DNA of 64,000 nucleotides. Origin: an uncultured Verrucomicrobia subdivision 3 bacterium (GTDB taxonomy: Bacteria; Verrucomicrobiota; Verrucomicrobiia; Limisphaerales; UBA11358). The translations under genes and the position numbers were made by a program. Shown piece after piece: positions 25,121 to 35,817 of the stretch (its first letter is position 1; every line of letters begins with the position of its first letter). The stretch lies in contig CAIQWB010000073.1 in NCBI GenBank assembly GCA_903875465.1, positions 16,373 to 80,372 on the forward strand. Reading direction: 5' to 3'. The notes beneath the pieces are model-generated. The model did not search any database and had not been told where the DNA came from. It was given only the letters and a program-made list of their open reading frames with translations.

Positions 25121-25900
25121 ATGAACCCTGCAAACACCGGGTTTCCCGGAAGCTTTTCCCTGGCGGGCGAACATGCCTTGATCACTGGCGGCGGCACCGG
25201 ACTCGGGCTGGCCATGGCCCAGTGCTTTGTGGCCGCTGGTGCGCGCGTAACCATCGTGGGCCGGCGGCCCGAACCCCTGCACGCGGCGTGCGCGGCGCTG
25301 GGTGCCAGCGCCGCGTACCTGGCGGCGGACATCACGGACCCAGTACGCCTGGCCGAGCTCGTGCCCGCGGCCGAGGTGAAACAAGGCCCCCTGACCATTC
25401 TGGTCAACAACGCCGGCGTGCATTTAAAAAAACCGGCGGTGGTGACCACCGATGCAGAATTCCAGACGGTGCTCCAGACGCATCTTTTTGCCGCGTTCTC
25501 GCTGAGCCGCGAAGCGGCCAGGGGAATGTTGCAGCGCGGGCATGGCAGCATTCTGTTTACCGCCTCAATGGCGTCGTTTATTGGCATTCCCCAAGTGGTT
25601 GCGTATTCGGCGGCCAAATCGGCTTACCTGGGTGTCGTCCGCGCGCTGGCCTCCGAATGGTCAGGCCAGGGCGTGCGGGTGAACGCGATCGCGCCGGGTT
25701 GGATTCAATCCGAGATGCTGGAAAAAGCCCTCGCGGGCGATCCGGCGCGCCGGGCCAAAATCCTCAGCCGCACCCCCATGAACCGCATTGGCGAGCCCCA
25801 GGACATCGGCTGGGCGGCGGTTTACCTCTGTTCCCCGGCGGCCCAGTTTGTCACCGGCGTGATCCTGCCGGTCGATGGTGGCGCGAACACCGGATTTTAA
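25121..25900 (+). CDS. short-chain dehydrogenase/reductase (gluconate-5-dehydrogenase-like)
   Basis: Start is at ATG 25121 ([31 protein letters not shown]). YSAAKSAY is the catalytic motif. The 24800 start lies in the RraA gene's shadow. Confidence 0.8.
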   Translation: MNPANTGFPGSFSLAGEHALITGGGTGLGLAMAQCFVAAGARVTIVGRRPEPLHAACAALGASAAYLAADITDPVRLAELVPAAEVKQGPLTILVNNAGVHLKKPAVVTTDAEFQTVLQTHLFAAFSLSREAARGMLQRGHGSILFTASMASFIGIPQVVAYSAAKSAYLGVVRALASEWSGQGVRVNAIAPGWIQSEMLEKALAGDPARRAKILSRTPMNRIGEPQDIGWAAVYLCSPAAQFVTGVILPVDGGANTGF

Positions 25901-25931
25901 CGATTACCCTTGGCTCGTGAAAACTTTTTTG

Positions 25932-26936
25932 ATGAACCAGCCGGGCGTGTTCAGCTTCGGGGAAGCGGCCCGGCCGGAGCCGCGGCCGGGCGAGGTGTTG
26001 CTCCAGATTGAACGCGTGGGGCTGTGTGGCTCGGATTTGAGCGCGTTCCGGGGCTTGAATCCCATGCAGATTTATCCGCGCATTCTCGGCCATGAAATTG
26101 CCGCGACCATTGTTGAAGTCACCCCGGATGTGCCGGAGGCCTGGCAGCCGGGGCGCCTGGTCACCGTGGTGCCCTACACGGCGTGTGGCGCGTGTGCCGC
26201 CTGCCGCGCCCAGCGTTCGAATGCCTGCCAGCACAATCAAACCCTGGGGGTGCAACGTGACGGCGCGTTCACGGAGTTCCTGGCGGTTCCCTGGCAAAAA
26301 TTGCTGCATTCCCCCCGGCTGACGGCGGCGGATTACGCACTGGTCGAGCCCTTGTCGGTGGGCTTTCACGGGGTGGAACGGGGCCGCGTAAGCGCCGCTG
26401 ACACCGTGGCCGTTTTTGGCGCGGGCATGATTGGCCTGGGGGCCATCGCGGGCGCGGCCCTCCACAAAAAAGCGCGGGTGATCGCGATTGACCTGGACGA
26501 CCAAAAACTCGCGCTGGCCCGCCGGGCGGGCGCGGCGGAAACCATTAATTCGGCAACGGAAAACCTGCACGACCGGTTGCGGCAATTGACCGGCGGCGAC
26601 GGACCGGCGGTGGTGATCGAAGCGGTGGGCACGGATGAGACTTATGTGGCCGCGATCAACGAGGTGAGTTTTGCCGGGCGGGTGGTTTATATCGGTTATG
26701 CCAAAAAGCCGGTGACTTATGAGACAAAGTTTTTTGTGATGAAGGAACTCGACATCATCGGCGCACGGAACGCGCTGCCGCGGGATTTTGAAAACGTTGT
26801 GAGCGTCCTCGAGTCCGGACGGTATCCGGTCGCGGAGACGGTTACCCGGGTGGTGCCCTTTGAACAGACGGGCGCGGCCCTCGCAGGGTGGTCCGCCCAA
26901 CCGTCCACCATCACGAAAATTCATGTTGATTTTTAG
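25932..26936 (+). CDS. zinc-dependent medium-chain alcohol/polyol dehydrogenase
   Basis: [15 protein letters not shown], the structural-zinc cluster [15 protein letters not shown], and Rossmann motif [10 protein letters not shown]. The start at ATG 25932 is preferred. Confidence 0.8.
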   Translation: MNQPGVFSFGEAARPEPRPGEVLLQIERVGLCGSDLSAFRGLNPMQIYPRILGHEIAATIVEVTPDVPEAWQPGRLVTVVPYTACGACAACRAQRSNACQHNQTLGVQRDGAFTEFLAVPWQKLLHSPRLTAADYALVEPLSVGFHGVERGRVSAADTVAVFGAGMIGLGAIAGAALHKKARVIAIDLDDQKLALARRAGAAETINSATENLHDRLRQLTGGDGPAVVIEAVGTDETYVAAINEVSFAGRVVYIGYAKKPVTYETKFFVMKELDIIGARNALPRDFENVVSVLESGRYPVAETVTRVVPFEQTGAALAGWSAQPSTITKIHVDF

Positions 26937-26994
26937 GCCGCGGCGGTTCGCGGGCACTGGCAATTAACCTGTCCAGCAAACTTGTGGCGATATT

Positions 26995-28356
26995 ATGACC
27001 GGCAAATTATTCACGACCCCGGATGGAAAAAACCGCGCGCGGACATTTGCGCTGGTCTGCACGCTTTTCCTGCTCTCGGCCCTGTGCAACAGCATGATCG
27101 ATGTGCTGAACAAACATTTTCAAAATTCGCTGGGCGTCTCCAAGGCCCACTCCACGTTTGTGCAGGCGGTCTGGTATGGGGCCTACTTTTTGATGGCGCT
27201 GCCCGCCGGCTGGATTGCGCGGAGATTTGGTTATCGCGCGGGCATTCTCACCGGCCTGGTGACGGTGATTGCCGGGTCGCTGCTGTTCATCCCGGTTACC
27301 AGCCTGCATGCTTCCCCAGCGGTGGTGTTTGCGGCGTTTCTGGGCGCGCTGTTTGTGGTGGGGGCCGGGCTGACGTTTCTGGAGGCGATTGCCAATCCGT
27401 ATTCGACCGTGCTGGGGCCGCCGGAATCGGGCGTGGCGCGCATCAACCTGGGCCAGAGCTGCAATGCCGTTGGCTGGATTCTCGGCCCCCTGCTGGCCGG
27501 CAGCTTCCTCCTTTCCAAAACCGGCGTGGCCAACACCAGCAACGCCGCGCTGTACCTGCCTTATCTCTTCGTGGCCGGGATTGTGGCGGTGCTGGTGCTG
27601 GTTTTCAGCATCGGACCGGTTCCGGAAATCCACGCGCCGGCCGAACCCAAACCCGCGGCAGGCAGCGCCCGGGCGGAACGTCCCCTGTGGCAGGAACGGC
27701 ATTTCCTGCTGGCGATCGTTTCCCAATTTCTTTATTGCGCCGCCCAGACCGGCATTTTTAGCTTTTTTGTGAATTATTTAAAAGATGACCGCTGCGTGCC
27801 GGCGCTGCCCTTGTGGGCGGCAAATATTCTGCCCGCGGCGATGAAATTCTCCCCGGCCCCCGACGCCTGGCGGATCACCGAATATGGCGCCGGGGTGTTT
27901 CTTTCGGTGGCCTTTGGTTTTTTCACGGTCGGCCGCTTTTCGGGCAGCGCCATCACCCGATATTGCCCGCCCCACCTGACGTTGGGGGTTTATGCGGTCA
28001 TCAACTCCGTCATGATGATCCTGGTGATGCTGCCGCTGGGCTGGGGGTCGGTGGCCGCGCTGTTTCTGAGTTTCTTTTTCATGTCCATCATGTACCCCAC
28101 CCATTTCGCTTTGGGCATTCACGGGCTTGGCGAGAAAACCAAGCTGGCTGCGTCCTGGATGGTGACGGCCGTGGTGGGTGGGGCAATTCTGCCGTATTTC
28201 ATGGGCTTGCTTGCGGATCACTATTCCCTGCGCGCCGGGTTCATCATGCCGCTGCTCTGTTTTGTGTTCATTGCCTGTTACGGATTTGGCTGGCGGAAAT
28301 GGTACCGTCATGAACGGGGACCGGAACACCCATCCGTCCCCGGCCCCGCTCACTAA
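26995..28356 (+). CDS. fucP: L-fucose:H+ symporter-type MFS permease
   Basis: 453 aa, 12-TM profile. The N-terminus FALVCTLFLLSALCNSMIDVLNKHFQNSLGVSKAHSTFVQAVWYGAYFLMALPAG is characteristic of the FucP/FHS family. Confidence 0.75.
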   Translation: MTGKLFTTPDGKNRARTFALVCTLFLLSALCNSMIDVLNKHFQNSLGVSKAHSTFVQAVWYGAYFLMALPAGWIARRFGYRAGILTGLVTVIAGSLLFIPVTSLHASPAVVFAAFLGALFVVGAGLTFLEAIANPYSTVLGPPESGVARINLGQSCNAVGWILGPLLAGSFLLSKTGVANTSNAALYLPYLFVAGIVAVLVLVFSIGPVPEIHAPAEPKPAAGSARAERPLWQERHFLLAIVSQFLYCAAQTGIFSFFVNYLKDDRCVPALPLWAANILPAAMKFSPAPDAWRITEYGAGVFLSVAFGFFTVGRFSGSAITRYCPPHLTLGVYAVINSVMMILVMLPLGWGSVAALFLSFFFMSIMYPTHFALGIHGLGEKTKLAASWMVTAVVGGAILPYFMGLLADHYSLRAGFIMPLLCFVFIACYGFGWRKWYRHERGPEHPSVPGPAH

Positions 28357-28373
28357 AACATTATTGCTATACT

Positions 28374-30170
28374 ATGAAAACCTTGTCCAGCCTGCTGGTT
28401 GCCGCCCTCCTGTTGCCCTGCGCCGGCGTTGCGCAACCCGCGGCCCCCTCCTTCGCTGCCATTTACCAACGCAAAATGCCCGCCTGGTTTAACGAGGCGA
28501 AATTTGGCGTCTTCATCGTCTGGGGCGTCTACTCCGTGCCGGGTTGGGCGCCCAAGGGGCAATACGCCGAATGGTATGGTCACAATATCCTGGATGCGGG
28601 CAGCGCGTGTCAGCAACACCAGGACCAGGTTTGGGGCAAGGATTTCACCTATGACCAGTTCGTGCCGCTCTTCAACGGTGAAGCCTTTAACGCGCAGGAC
28701 TGGACCTCCCTGATTCAGAAAGCCGGAGCCAGGTACGTCGTCACCGCGGCCAATTATCATGATGGGTTTGCGATGTATCCCACCAAGTATTCGGTTTCCA
28801 AATTCGGCGGCCATTGGAACGCCTTCGAACGCGGCCCCAAACGCGATGTGCTGGGTGAACTCCAGGCGGCGGGCAATGCCAAAGGCTTGAAGATGGGGAT
28901 TTATTATTCCCTCTACGAGTGGTGGAATCCCCTTTATCAAAGCGGGCAACTGGAGAAATACGCCCGGGAGTTTCTGGCGCCCAAGTTCAAAGAGGTTGTC
29001 ACCCGCTATCAACCGCCGGTCATTTTTCTGGATGGTGAGTGGGAACATTCCTACACCGCGTGGCACTCGGACGAACTGGCCAACTGGCTGTATACGGAAT
29101 CGCCGGTGAAGGATGAAGTGGTGGTGAATGATCGCTGGGGTTACACGCGCAGCCAGTATGGAGATTATTTTTCCAGTGAATACGGCGGTGGCGATTACTC
29201 GCCCGCGCATCCGTGGCAGGAGGACCGCGGCATTGGCAATAGTTATGGCTATAATCGCAATGAGGATGTCTGGGATTATAATTCCCGCCAAACGCTGGTC
29301 CGGCTGCTCTCCACCGTCTGTGGGAATGGCGGCAATCTCCTCCTGGACATCGGGCCGACGGCCGATGGCCACATTCCCCCCATCATGGAGGAACGCCTGC
29401 TGCAAATGGGCGAATGGCTCGGCAAAAACGGGGCCGCCATCTACGGCAGCCAGGCCAGTCCCTTCTGGCCGCGCAAATTTGAATGGGGCGTCTGCACCGC
29501 GAAGGGCGACACGGTGTTTTTGCACCTGTTTGATCCAGCGGCCAAAAGTCTGGACGTTGAGGGATTTGCCGGGGACGTGGCCGGCGTGCAGTTTCTGGCC
29601 ACCGGCGAGCGGTTGAACTTCGACGCCCGGGATCATCGTCTGCACATTGAATTGCCGCCGGTGAAACCCGATGTGGACGACACGGTGGTGGCGGTCCAAT
29701 TGCGCGGCGCACTCACCGCCGACAAACGGCCGCATCAGTACGAAAGCGGCAACATTCTCATTCCCGCCTGGTCACTGGCGGTCACGGGCAAGACGGCCAA
29801 AATGCGGTTCGATGGTTTTGCCAAAATCGCGCACATCACCGACTGGACCGACCCGGCGGACACCGCCGCGTGCCAGTTCATCGCCCAGCGGGCCGGGCGT
29901 TATCAGGTGAGCGTGACATATTGCAGCGACAACGGTTGCGCCGGTTCGACGGTCACGTTGAATTTCAACCACGAAACAGTGGCCTTCACATCCCGGGACA
30001 CGGGCGGCTGGAACGGCGGCAACTACCGGGTGGAAAATTGTGGCAGCATCACGCTGTCACAGCCGGGGGAACAGCACTGTTCGCTCGTGCCCGTGGCAGC
30101 CGGCTGGAAAAATGTGGCCATTAAACAGATTCTGCTGACTCCGGAAAAATCGGGCCCAGGAAAGCCTTAG
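28374..30170 (+). CDS. alpha-L-fucosidase, GH29 family, secreted, with a C-terminal beta-sandwich/CBM-like extension
   Basis: Signal MKTLSSLLVAALLLPCAGVAQ. GH29 motifs WFNEAKFGVFIVWGVYSVPGW, YVVTAANYHDGFAMYPT and LLLDIGPTADG. About 200 extra C-terminal residues. Confidence 0.8.
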   Translation: MKTLSSLLVAALLLPCAGVAQPAAPSFAAIYQRKMPAWFNEAKFGVFIVWGVYSVPGWAPKGQYAEWYGHNILDAGSACQQHQDQVWGKDFTYDQFVPLFNGEAFNAQDWTSLIQKAGARYVVTAANYHDGFAMYPTKYSVSKFGGHWNAFERGPKRDVLGELQAAGNAKGLKMGIYYSLYEWWNPLYQSGQLEKYAREFLAPKFKEVVTRYQPPVIFLDGEWEHSYTAWHSDELANWLYTESPVKDEVVVNDRWGYTRSQYGDYFSSEYGGGDYSPAHPWQEDRGIGNSYGYNRNEDVWDYNSRQTLVRLLSTVCGNGGNLLLDIGPTADGHIPPIMEERLLQMGEWLGKNGAAIYGSQASPFWPRKFEWGVCTAKGDTVFLHLFDPAAKSLDVEGFAGDVAGVQFLATGERLNFDARDHRLHIELPPVKPDVDDTVVAVQLRGALTADKRPHQYESGNILIPAWSLAVTGKTAKMRFDGFAKIAHITDWTDPADTAACQFIAQRAGRYQVSVTYCSDNGCAGSTVTLNFNHETVAFTSRDTGGWNGGNYRVENCGSITLSQPGEQHCSLVPVAAGWKNVAIKQILLTPEKSGPGKP

Positions 30171-30248
30171 AACCGGGGTGGGCCCTGATTTTTCAGGCCT
30201 TTAGCCCTTTAACCCGCCAGGGGGAGTTGGCCAAACTGGCAAACAAAG

Positions 30249-30284
30249 ACCCCATGGCCGCGCCGGTGGCGCAACCATGGGGTG
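30249..30284 (-). terminator. stem-loop between convergent GH29 and sucB genes (likely sucB terminator)
   Basis: ACCCCATGG-CC-GCGCC-GGT-GGCGC-AA-CCATGGGGT gives 9+5 bp of perfect pairing. On the minus strand it is followed by CTTTGTTTG. Confidence 0.55.
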
Positions 30285-30306
30285 AAGCGCAGAATCAGTT
30301 ACGGAT

Positions 30307-31515
30307 TCAAATCTCGATCAGCATGCGGACGGGGTTTTCAAGGGCTTCCTTGATGCGGCGGAGGAAGAGCACGGCTTCCCGGCCGTCCACGAGGCGGTGA
30401 TCGTAGGTGAGGGCCACATACATCATCGGGCGGATGACGACCTGGCCCTGGACGGCGACGGGGCGCTCCTGGATGGTGTGCATGCCCAGGATCCCGGTCT
30501 GGGGCGGATTGATGATGGGGGTGGAGAGCAAGGACCCGAAGGAGCCGCCGTTGGTGATCGTAAACGTTCCACCAGCGAGTTCGGCGGGCAGTAATTTGCC
30601 CGCATTGGCGCGTTTGGCAAAATCGCTGATGGCTTGCTCCACTTCGGCGAAACCCATCCGACCAGCATCGCGCAGGACGGGCACGACGAGCCCGCGCTCC
30701 GCGGCAATGGCCACCCCGATGTCAAAATAGTTGTGGTAAACAATATCGTTACCGCGCAGCTCGGCATTGAGCTGGGGGAACTGTTTCAGGGCGTCAATGG
30801 TGGCTTTGACAAAGAAGGACATCAAACCCAGTCGCACCTGATAGCGTTTTTCGAAGGCAGCCTGCTGCTCTTTGCGCAACGCTTGCACGGAGGACAGGTC
30901 GATTTCGTTGAAGGTGGTCAGCATGGCCATGGTTTGCTGGGCCTCCACCAACCGGCGGGCGACCGTGCGGCGCAGCATGGTCATGGGCACGATTTCCTCG
31001 CTGCCTTCCGCGCCCACCGGCAACCGGGGGGCGGGCTTGGGTGCGGGAGGTTTCGGCGGGGCCACGACCGGGGCAGGCGCTGCCGGGGCTTCAACTGGCT
31101 CCGGGGGGGCGACGGGCGCGGGCACCGCCGGCGCGACAACTTTGACGGCAGCGGGGGCGGCGGGCTTGGCCGACGCGGTTTCCCCGGGGGCCGACTTTTT
31201 GGTTTTCGGCTTTTCCGCGCTGGCGGCGGCCGGGGCCGCTGGCTTGGCCTCGGGGGTGGGGGTGGCAGAGGCTTCACCGGCCAATTCAAACTGGGCCACG
31301 ACAGTCCCCACGCGGACCGTTTCGCCGGCCTGGTGGAAAATTTTGGTCAATTTGCCCGCCTGCGGTGCCGGCAAGTCAAAGGTGGTTTTCTCGGAATCAA
31401 CGACGGCGACCGGCTCATCGGCTTTGACAAGGTCGCCGACAGATTTCAGCCATTCGTTGATTTGGACTTCAGTGATGGATTCACCGACCACGGGAATTTT
31501 CAAGTCGATAGGCAT
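30307..31515 (-). CDS. sucB: 2-oxoglutarate dehydrogenase E2, dihydrolipoyllysine-residue succinyltransferase
   Basis: N-terminal lipoyl domain ([24 protein letters not shown]...[14 protein letters not shown]), Ala/Pro linker, and catalytic [14 protein letters not shown]. Confidence 0.9.
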   Translation of the reverse strand: MPIDLKIPVVGESITEVQINEWLKSVGDLVKADEPVAVVDSEKTTFDLPAPQAGKLTKIFHQAGETVRVGTVVAQFELAGEASATPTPEAKPAAPAAASAEKPKTKKSAPGETASAKPAAPAAVKVVAPAVPAPVAPPEPVEAPAAPAPVVAPPKPPAPKPAPRLPVGAEGSEEIVPMTMLRRTVARRLVEAQQTMAMLTTFNEIDLSSVQALRKEQQAAFEKRYQVRLGLMSFFVKATIDALKQFPQLNAELRGNDIVYHNYFDIGVAIAAERGLVVPVLRDAGRMGFAEVEQAISDFAKRANAGKLLPAELAGGTFTITNGGSFGSLLSTPIINPPQTGILGMHTIQERPVAVQGQVVIRPMMYVALTYDHRLVDGREAVLFLRRIKEALENPVRMLIEI

Positions 31516-31706
31516 AGCTCAGGATTTCAAAGATAGTTGGGCGAATGAACAATTGGAAAAGGAGATGATTTGGGGTGAAAAGATCGGCATGAGAGCGCTA
31601 ATTTTAAACCACGGCCGCTGAAGCCAGGCAGCCACGGCAGCCCGCTCGATCGGGTGGCAACCGGAAGCGAGGGGGCGAGGCACAGAGCCTGCTGCGAAAG
31701 GTCTGG

Positions 31707-34556
31707 TCATGAGTGCGCACCACCGGTTTTGGGTGCCGTGCCAAATACGGCCGCGGCGTCGGGCTCGGGATCGCCGAACGCCCGGGCGATAAGCTGGGCC
31801 TGCTCCAATTTGTGCCCATGGGAGGACCCGGTGGCCGGGCTGGAGGAAGCGGGCCGGCTGACGCTGCTGAAGGCCAGGCGCCCCAGCAATTTTTGGCCAA
31901 ACAAACCATGCAAATAGCGCCAGGCACCCATGTTCGCAGGTTCTTCCTGAACCCAGACGACCTGGGTGCTGTCCCCATACGGTTGCAGGGCCCGCGTCAG
32001 CGGTTCGGTGGGGAAGGGATACAATTGTTCCAGCCGGACGAGGGCGATATCCGAGCGCTGATGAGCCTCGCGGTAGGCCTCCAATTCATAGAAAATCTTG
32101 CCACTGCAGAGCAGCACGCGCTGAACCTTGGCGGGGGGCTGATCGTCGGGCAAGACCCGTTGAAAATGTCCCTGGGTGCATTCGGCAAGGGCGGAAACCG
32201 CCCGGGGATGGCGGAGCAGGCTTTTGGGCGTAAAAACAATCAAGGGCTTGCGCCAGGGGCGCAGGACCTGGCGGCGCAAGACATGAAAATAACCAGCGGG
32301 GGTGGTCGGCTGGACAACTTGGATATTATCCTCGGCGGCCAGGGCAAGGAAACGCTCCAGGCGGCCGCTGGAATGCTCCGGCCCCATGCCTTCAAAGCCA
32401 TGCGGCAGCAACATGACCAGACCCGAGAGCCGTTTCCACTTCTCCTCGGCACTGACGATAAATTGATCAATGATGACCTGCGCCACGTTGACGAAATCGC
32501 CGAACTGGGCCTCCCACATCACGAGGCCATCCGGGTAATCCAGGCTGTAACCGTATTCGAATCCCAGCGCCGCCGTTTCGCAGAGGCAACTATTGTATAT
32601 ATTCACCGGCGCCTGCGCGGCGGAGAGGTGCTGCAACGGCAGGTAGGGATAGCCGTTGGATTGATCGTAAATGATGGCGTGACGCTGGCTGAAAGTACCC
32701 CGGCCGCTGTCCTGACCAGTCAAGCGCACCCGCACCCCGGCGGTGGCGAGGGAAGCCAGCGCGAGGGCCTCGGCGGCGGCCCAGTCAAGCGGCAACTGGC
32801 CATCGGCCATTTGCCGGCGGGCGGCGAGCAGACGTTCCAGTTTGGGATGGGCGTTAAAGCCGGCGGGCAACTGCGTCAATTGGTGGAGCAGCGCGGAAAG
32901 CTGGGTGAGTTCCGCGCCGGTGTCGGGCTCGGTCGCGGGTTCGGGGCCGCCCGAGTAGGCATGCCACACACCCCGCCGTTCGAGTTGGATTTCACATTGG
33001 TCGGCCCGGGCGGCTTGGAGTTGCTTTTCCAACTTGGCCTGGGTGTCAGCCATGATTTTATCGGCCTCGCCCCGCGTGACATTTTCGAGTTTGAGCAAAT
33101 GGCCCAGATAACCCTCGCGAATCCCCGGCCGGCCGGCAATCTGGCGGTAGAGCAGCGGTTGGGTGAAACCCGGCTCGTCGGTTTCGTTGTGACCAAAGCG
33201 GCGATAGCCATACATGTCAATGAAGACATCGGACTTGAATTCCGCGCGAAATTCCATGGCCAGTTGGACCACCTGGGCGACGGCATCCGGGTCCTCGCCA
33301 TTCACATGGAAAATGGGGGCTTGCAGCATGCGGGCCACGTCGGTGGCGTAATTCGTGGAACGCGACTGCTCGGGCGGGGTGGTGAAACCAATCTGGTTGT
33401 TAACAATGACATGCAGCACGCCACCCACGGAAAAGCCCATGAGCCGGCTCATGTTCAGGGTTTCCTGAATCACGCCCTCGCCGGCAAAGGCGGCATCGCC
33501 ATGAATGAGCAGGCCCATGACCCGGGCGCAGTCACGATCGGCAAAACGATCCTGGTGGGCGCGGACGCGACCAACCACGACGGGGTCGACGAATTCCAAA
33601 TGGCTGGGATTGAAGCACAGGGAGAGGTGCAGTTTGCGGCCATCCGACAAGGACCAGTCACTGCTATGGCCGAGATGATATTTTACGTCGCCCCGCTCGG
33701 GCCAGAGCTCGGGGCGGTCATCGGTGAATTCTTGGAAAATGGTGCAGGGATTTTTACCGATAATGTTGGCCAGAACATTCAAGCGGCCGCGGTGGCCCAT
33801 GCCGATGACAATATTTTTGAGGCCTTGCTGCCCGGCTTTTTCAATGGCGAGATCGAGCAACGGCAGGAGGGTTTCGCAGCCTTCGAGGCCGAAGGTTTTG
33901 GCCCCGAGAAACTTGGTGCGGAGAAACTCCTCAAACACCACGCCTTCCGTGAGTTTGGTGAGGATGCGAAGCTGCTCCTCGCGGGAAACATGCCGGCGGG
34001 TGAGCGGGTTTTCGAGGCGCTGCTGAAGCCAGAGGCGGGCATTGAGATCGTCAATGTGCATGAACTGCACGCCGATGGAACCGCAGTAAATGGTCCGCAA
34101 ACGCTGGTAAATTTCGCGCAGGGTCAACGGCGTTTCGCAGGGTAGCGCGGGGATATTGATGAGCAGGTCGAGCTCGGCTTCGGTGAAGGCATAGTAGCCT
34201 AACTTTAATTCGGGCGGACAAGGGCGTTCCACGCCGAGGGGATTAATGGCGGCAATGATATGGCCCCGCACACGATAGTTGCGGATGAGCTGGTGCAAAC
34301 GTTCGCTGACATTTTCGACCCGGGGATCATGCGGCGCGCGGGGGGCTGCCGGGGGGACCGTGGCACCGGGGTTGAAAACACTGCGAAAAGCAAAGGATGG
34401 ACCGACCCGCGCCGGGCCGGCAGCGCCGTTGTCCGTGGCGGCAAAATATTCGCGCCATTCCTCCGGGACCGATTGAGGGTCGCGCCGGTAATCGGCATAA
34501 TACTGCTCAATATAGGACAGGTTGCTAATACCGGCTTTCATTGCAGAGTCACTCAT
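31707..34556 (-). CDS. sucA: 2-oxoglutarate dehydrogenase E1 component
   Basis: 949 aa. SNLSYIEQYYADYRRDPQSVPEEWREYF, IHGDAAFAGEGVIQETLNMS and LLPHGFEGMGPEHSSGRLERFL. Confidence 0.9.
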   Translation of the reverse strand: MSDSAMKAGISNLSYIEQYYADYRRDPQSVPEEWREYFAATDNGAAGPARVGPSFAFRSVFNPGATVPPAAPRAPHDPRVENVSERLHQLIRNYRVRGHIIAAINPLGVERPCPPELKLGYYAFTEAELDLLINIPALPCETPLTLREIYQRLRTIYCGSIGVQFMHIDDLNARLWLQQRLENPLTRRHVSREEQLRILTKLTEGVVFEEFLRTKFLGAKTFGLEGCETLLPLLDLAIEKAGQQGLKNIVIGMGHRGRLNVLANIIGKNPCTIFQEFTDDRPELWPERGDVKYHLGHSSDWSLSDGRKLHLSLCFNPSHLEFVDPVVVGRVRAHQDRFADRDCARVMGLLIHGDAAFAGEGVIQETLNMSRLMGFSVGGVLHVIVNNQIGFTTPPEQSRSTNYATDVARMLQAPIFHVNGEDPDAVAQVVQLAMEFRAEFKSDVFIDMYGYRRFGHNETDEPGFTQPLLYRQIAGRPGIREGYLGHLLKLENVTRGEADKIMADTQAKLEKQLQAARADQCEIQLERRGVWHAYSGGPEPATEPDTGAELTQLSALLHQLTQLPAGFNAHPKLERLLAARRQMADGQLPLDWAAAEALALASLATAGVRVRLTGQDSGRGTFSQRHAIIYDQSNGYPYLPLQHLSAAQAPVNIYNSCLCETAALGFEYGYSLDYPDGLVMWEAQFGDFVNVAQVIIDQFIVSAEEKWKRLSGLVMLLPHGFEGMGPEHSSGRLERFLALAAEDNIQVVQPTTPAGYFHVLRRQVLRPWRKPLIVFTPKSLLRHPRAVSALAECTQGHFQRVLPDDQPPAKVQRVLLCSGKIFYELEAYREAHQRSDIALVRLEQLYPFPTEPLTRALQPYGDSTQVVWVQEEPANMGAWRYLHGLFGQKLLGRLAFSSVSRPASSSPATGSSHGHKLEQAQLIARAFGDPEPDAAAVFGTAPKTGGAHS

Positions 34557-34655
34557 GCCTTAAATTAGTTAACGATCGTCTTTGAACGGACTTGAAGCAA
34601 GCCGCATCTTTCAGATACGCACTATAACAAAGTAAGTGCTGGGAATCAAGGGTGG

Positions 34656-34841
34656 TTAGTTGGGATCGCCCTCATTCCGCCAGGCGTCGATGGCTTCCTC
34701 GGTGGTAGCCGGATGCGGGCGGGACGGCGGGAGATAATCAGCAGAGGCCGCTTTGCCGGGGGGTTTGGCAACCCCGCGCGGGGCTGCGGCCGGGCGGGGA
34801 GCGGAGGGCAGAACTTCAGGTGCACATTTGCAAGTTTTCAT
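34656..34841 (-). CDS. possible small Pro/Ala-rich hypothetical protein (61 aa)
   Basis: This is the only ORF in the 400-nt gap between the rpsI terminator and sucA. It has no recognisable family and no clear RBS. The C-terminus EEAIDAWRNEGDPN loosely recalls W-x-NEGG small proteins. Confidence 0.25.
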   Translation of the reverse strand: MKTCKCAPEVLPSAPRPAAAPRGVAKPPGKAASADYLPPSRPHPATTEEAIDAWRNEGDPN

Positions 34842-34898
34842 GGCGGCAGCATGGCCCCGCCAGGGGCGTAATGGAATGGGGACATTACCCCAATGGTA

Positions 34899-34935
34899 AT
34901 AAAAAAAGACCCCGCCGGAATGAACCAGCGGGGTG
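34899..34935 (-). terminator. rho-independent terminator of the rplM-rpsI operon
   Basis: The minus strand reads ACCCCGCTGGTTCATTCCGGCGGGGTCTTTTTTTATT. This is a GC stem (CCCCGC/GCGGGG) followed by a T7 run, about 20 nt after the rpsI stop. Confidence 0.8.
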
Positions 34936-34953
34936 TAAAGCCGGGCAAGAGAA

Positions 34954-35355
34954 TTAACGCTTGCTGAACTGGAAACGCTTGCGCGCGCCGGGCTGGCCGT
35001 ATTTTTTCCGTTCGCGCATACGGGGATCGCGCGTGAGGAAGCCTTCCGCTTTCAGGGCGGCACGCAAGGTGGCATCAAATTTTAGCAGGGCGCGGGAAAT
35101 TCCGTGGCGCACGGCACCGGCCTGGCCATTGGGTCCGCCACCGGCGACATTGACACGCACGTCCAATTTTTCGGTGGTGGCCGTGACGGTCAGCGGCTGG
35201 GAAGCCGTGGAACGCAGGGTGTCCAGGGGAAAATAGGTGTCAAAAGCGCGGCCGTTGACGGTGAATTTGCCGGTGCCAGAGGCCAGGCGCACACGGGCGA
35301 CGGCGGTTTTGCGGCGGCCGGTGCCCAGATACTCGATAAGTTTCGGTGAAGCCAT
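34954..35355 (-). CDS. rpsI: 30S ribosomal protein S9
   Basis: [14 protein letters not shown]...[19 protein letters not shown]...[27 protein letters not shown]. Confidence 0.95.
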   Translation of the reverse strand: MASPKLIEYLGTGRRKTAVARVRLASGTGKFTVNGRAFDTYFPLDTLRSTASQPLTVTATTEKLDVRVNVAGGGPNGQAGAVRHGISRALLKFDATLRAALKAEGFLTRDPRMRERKKYGQPGARKRFQFSKR

Positions 35356-35382
35356 GTTATTTCAGCGTTGGGGTAGAGTGGT

Positions 35383-35817
35383 TTAGTTGGCCGCTTTGAG
35401 CGGGGCCGGGACTTGGGCGGCATGGGGATGCTTGTCGCCCTTGAAAACTTTGAGCTTGGTGAGCAACTGGTCGCCGAGGCGGTTCTTGGGGATCATGCCC
35501 TTGACCGCGTGGGTAATGAGGCGCTCGGGCTGGCTTTCGCGAACTTGGGCGACGGTGGAATACTTTTCGCCACCTTTCCAGCCGGAATAGCTCATATATT
35601 CCTTCGCGGTTTCTTTTTTGCCGGTCAGGCGGACTTTTTCCGCGTTGATGACGACCACGAAATCACCCGCATCCAAGTGGGGCGTATAAACGGGTTTGTT
35701 TTTGCCGCGCAAAATATCGGCAACCTGCACGGCCAAACGGCCCAACACCGCGCCGTTGGCATCAATCACGTGCCACTTGCGCTGGTCCAAATTTACTTTC
35801 GGCAAATACGTTTTCAT
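35383..35817 (-). CDS. rplM: 50S ribosomal protein L13
   Basis: The start is at the internal ATG 35817 (MKTYLPKVNLDQRKWHVIDANGAVLGRLAVQVADILRGKNKPVYTPH). The upstream 19 codons of the ORF-track call are not L13-like. Confidence 0.9.
   Translation of the reverse strand: MKTYLPKVNLDQRKWHVIDANGAVLGRLAVQVADILRGKNKPVYTPHLDAGDFVVVINAEKVRLTGKKETAKEYMSYSGWKGGEKYSTVAQVRESQPERLITHAVKGMIPKNRLGDQLLTKLKVFKGDKHPHAAQVPAPLKAAN

Noticed and set aside
30171-30248. Possible second terminator right after GH29 (GGGCCCTGATTTTTCAGGCC)
   Set aside because: Only about 4-5 bp can pair and the T-run lies inside the loop. That is not convincing. The strong hairpin at 30249-30284 is reported instead.
31713-34145. 810-aa ORF on the plus strand
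   Set aside because: It is antisense to sucA, whose identity is unambiguous. No motifs were found.
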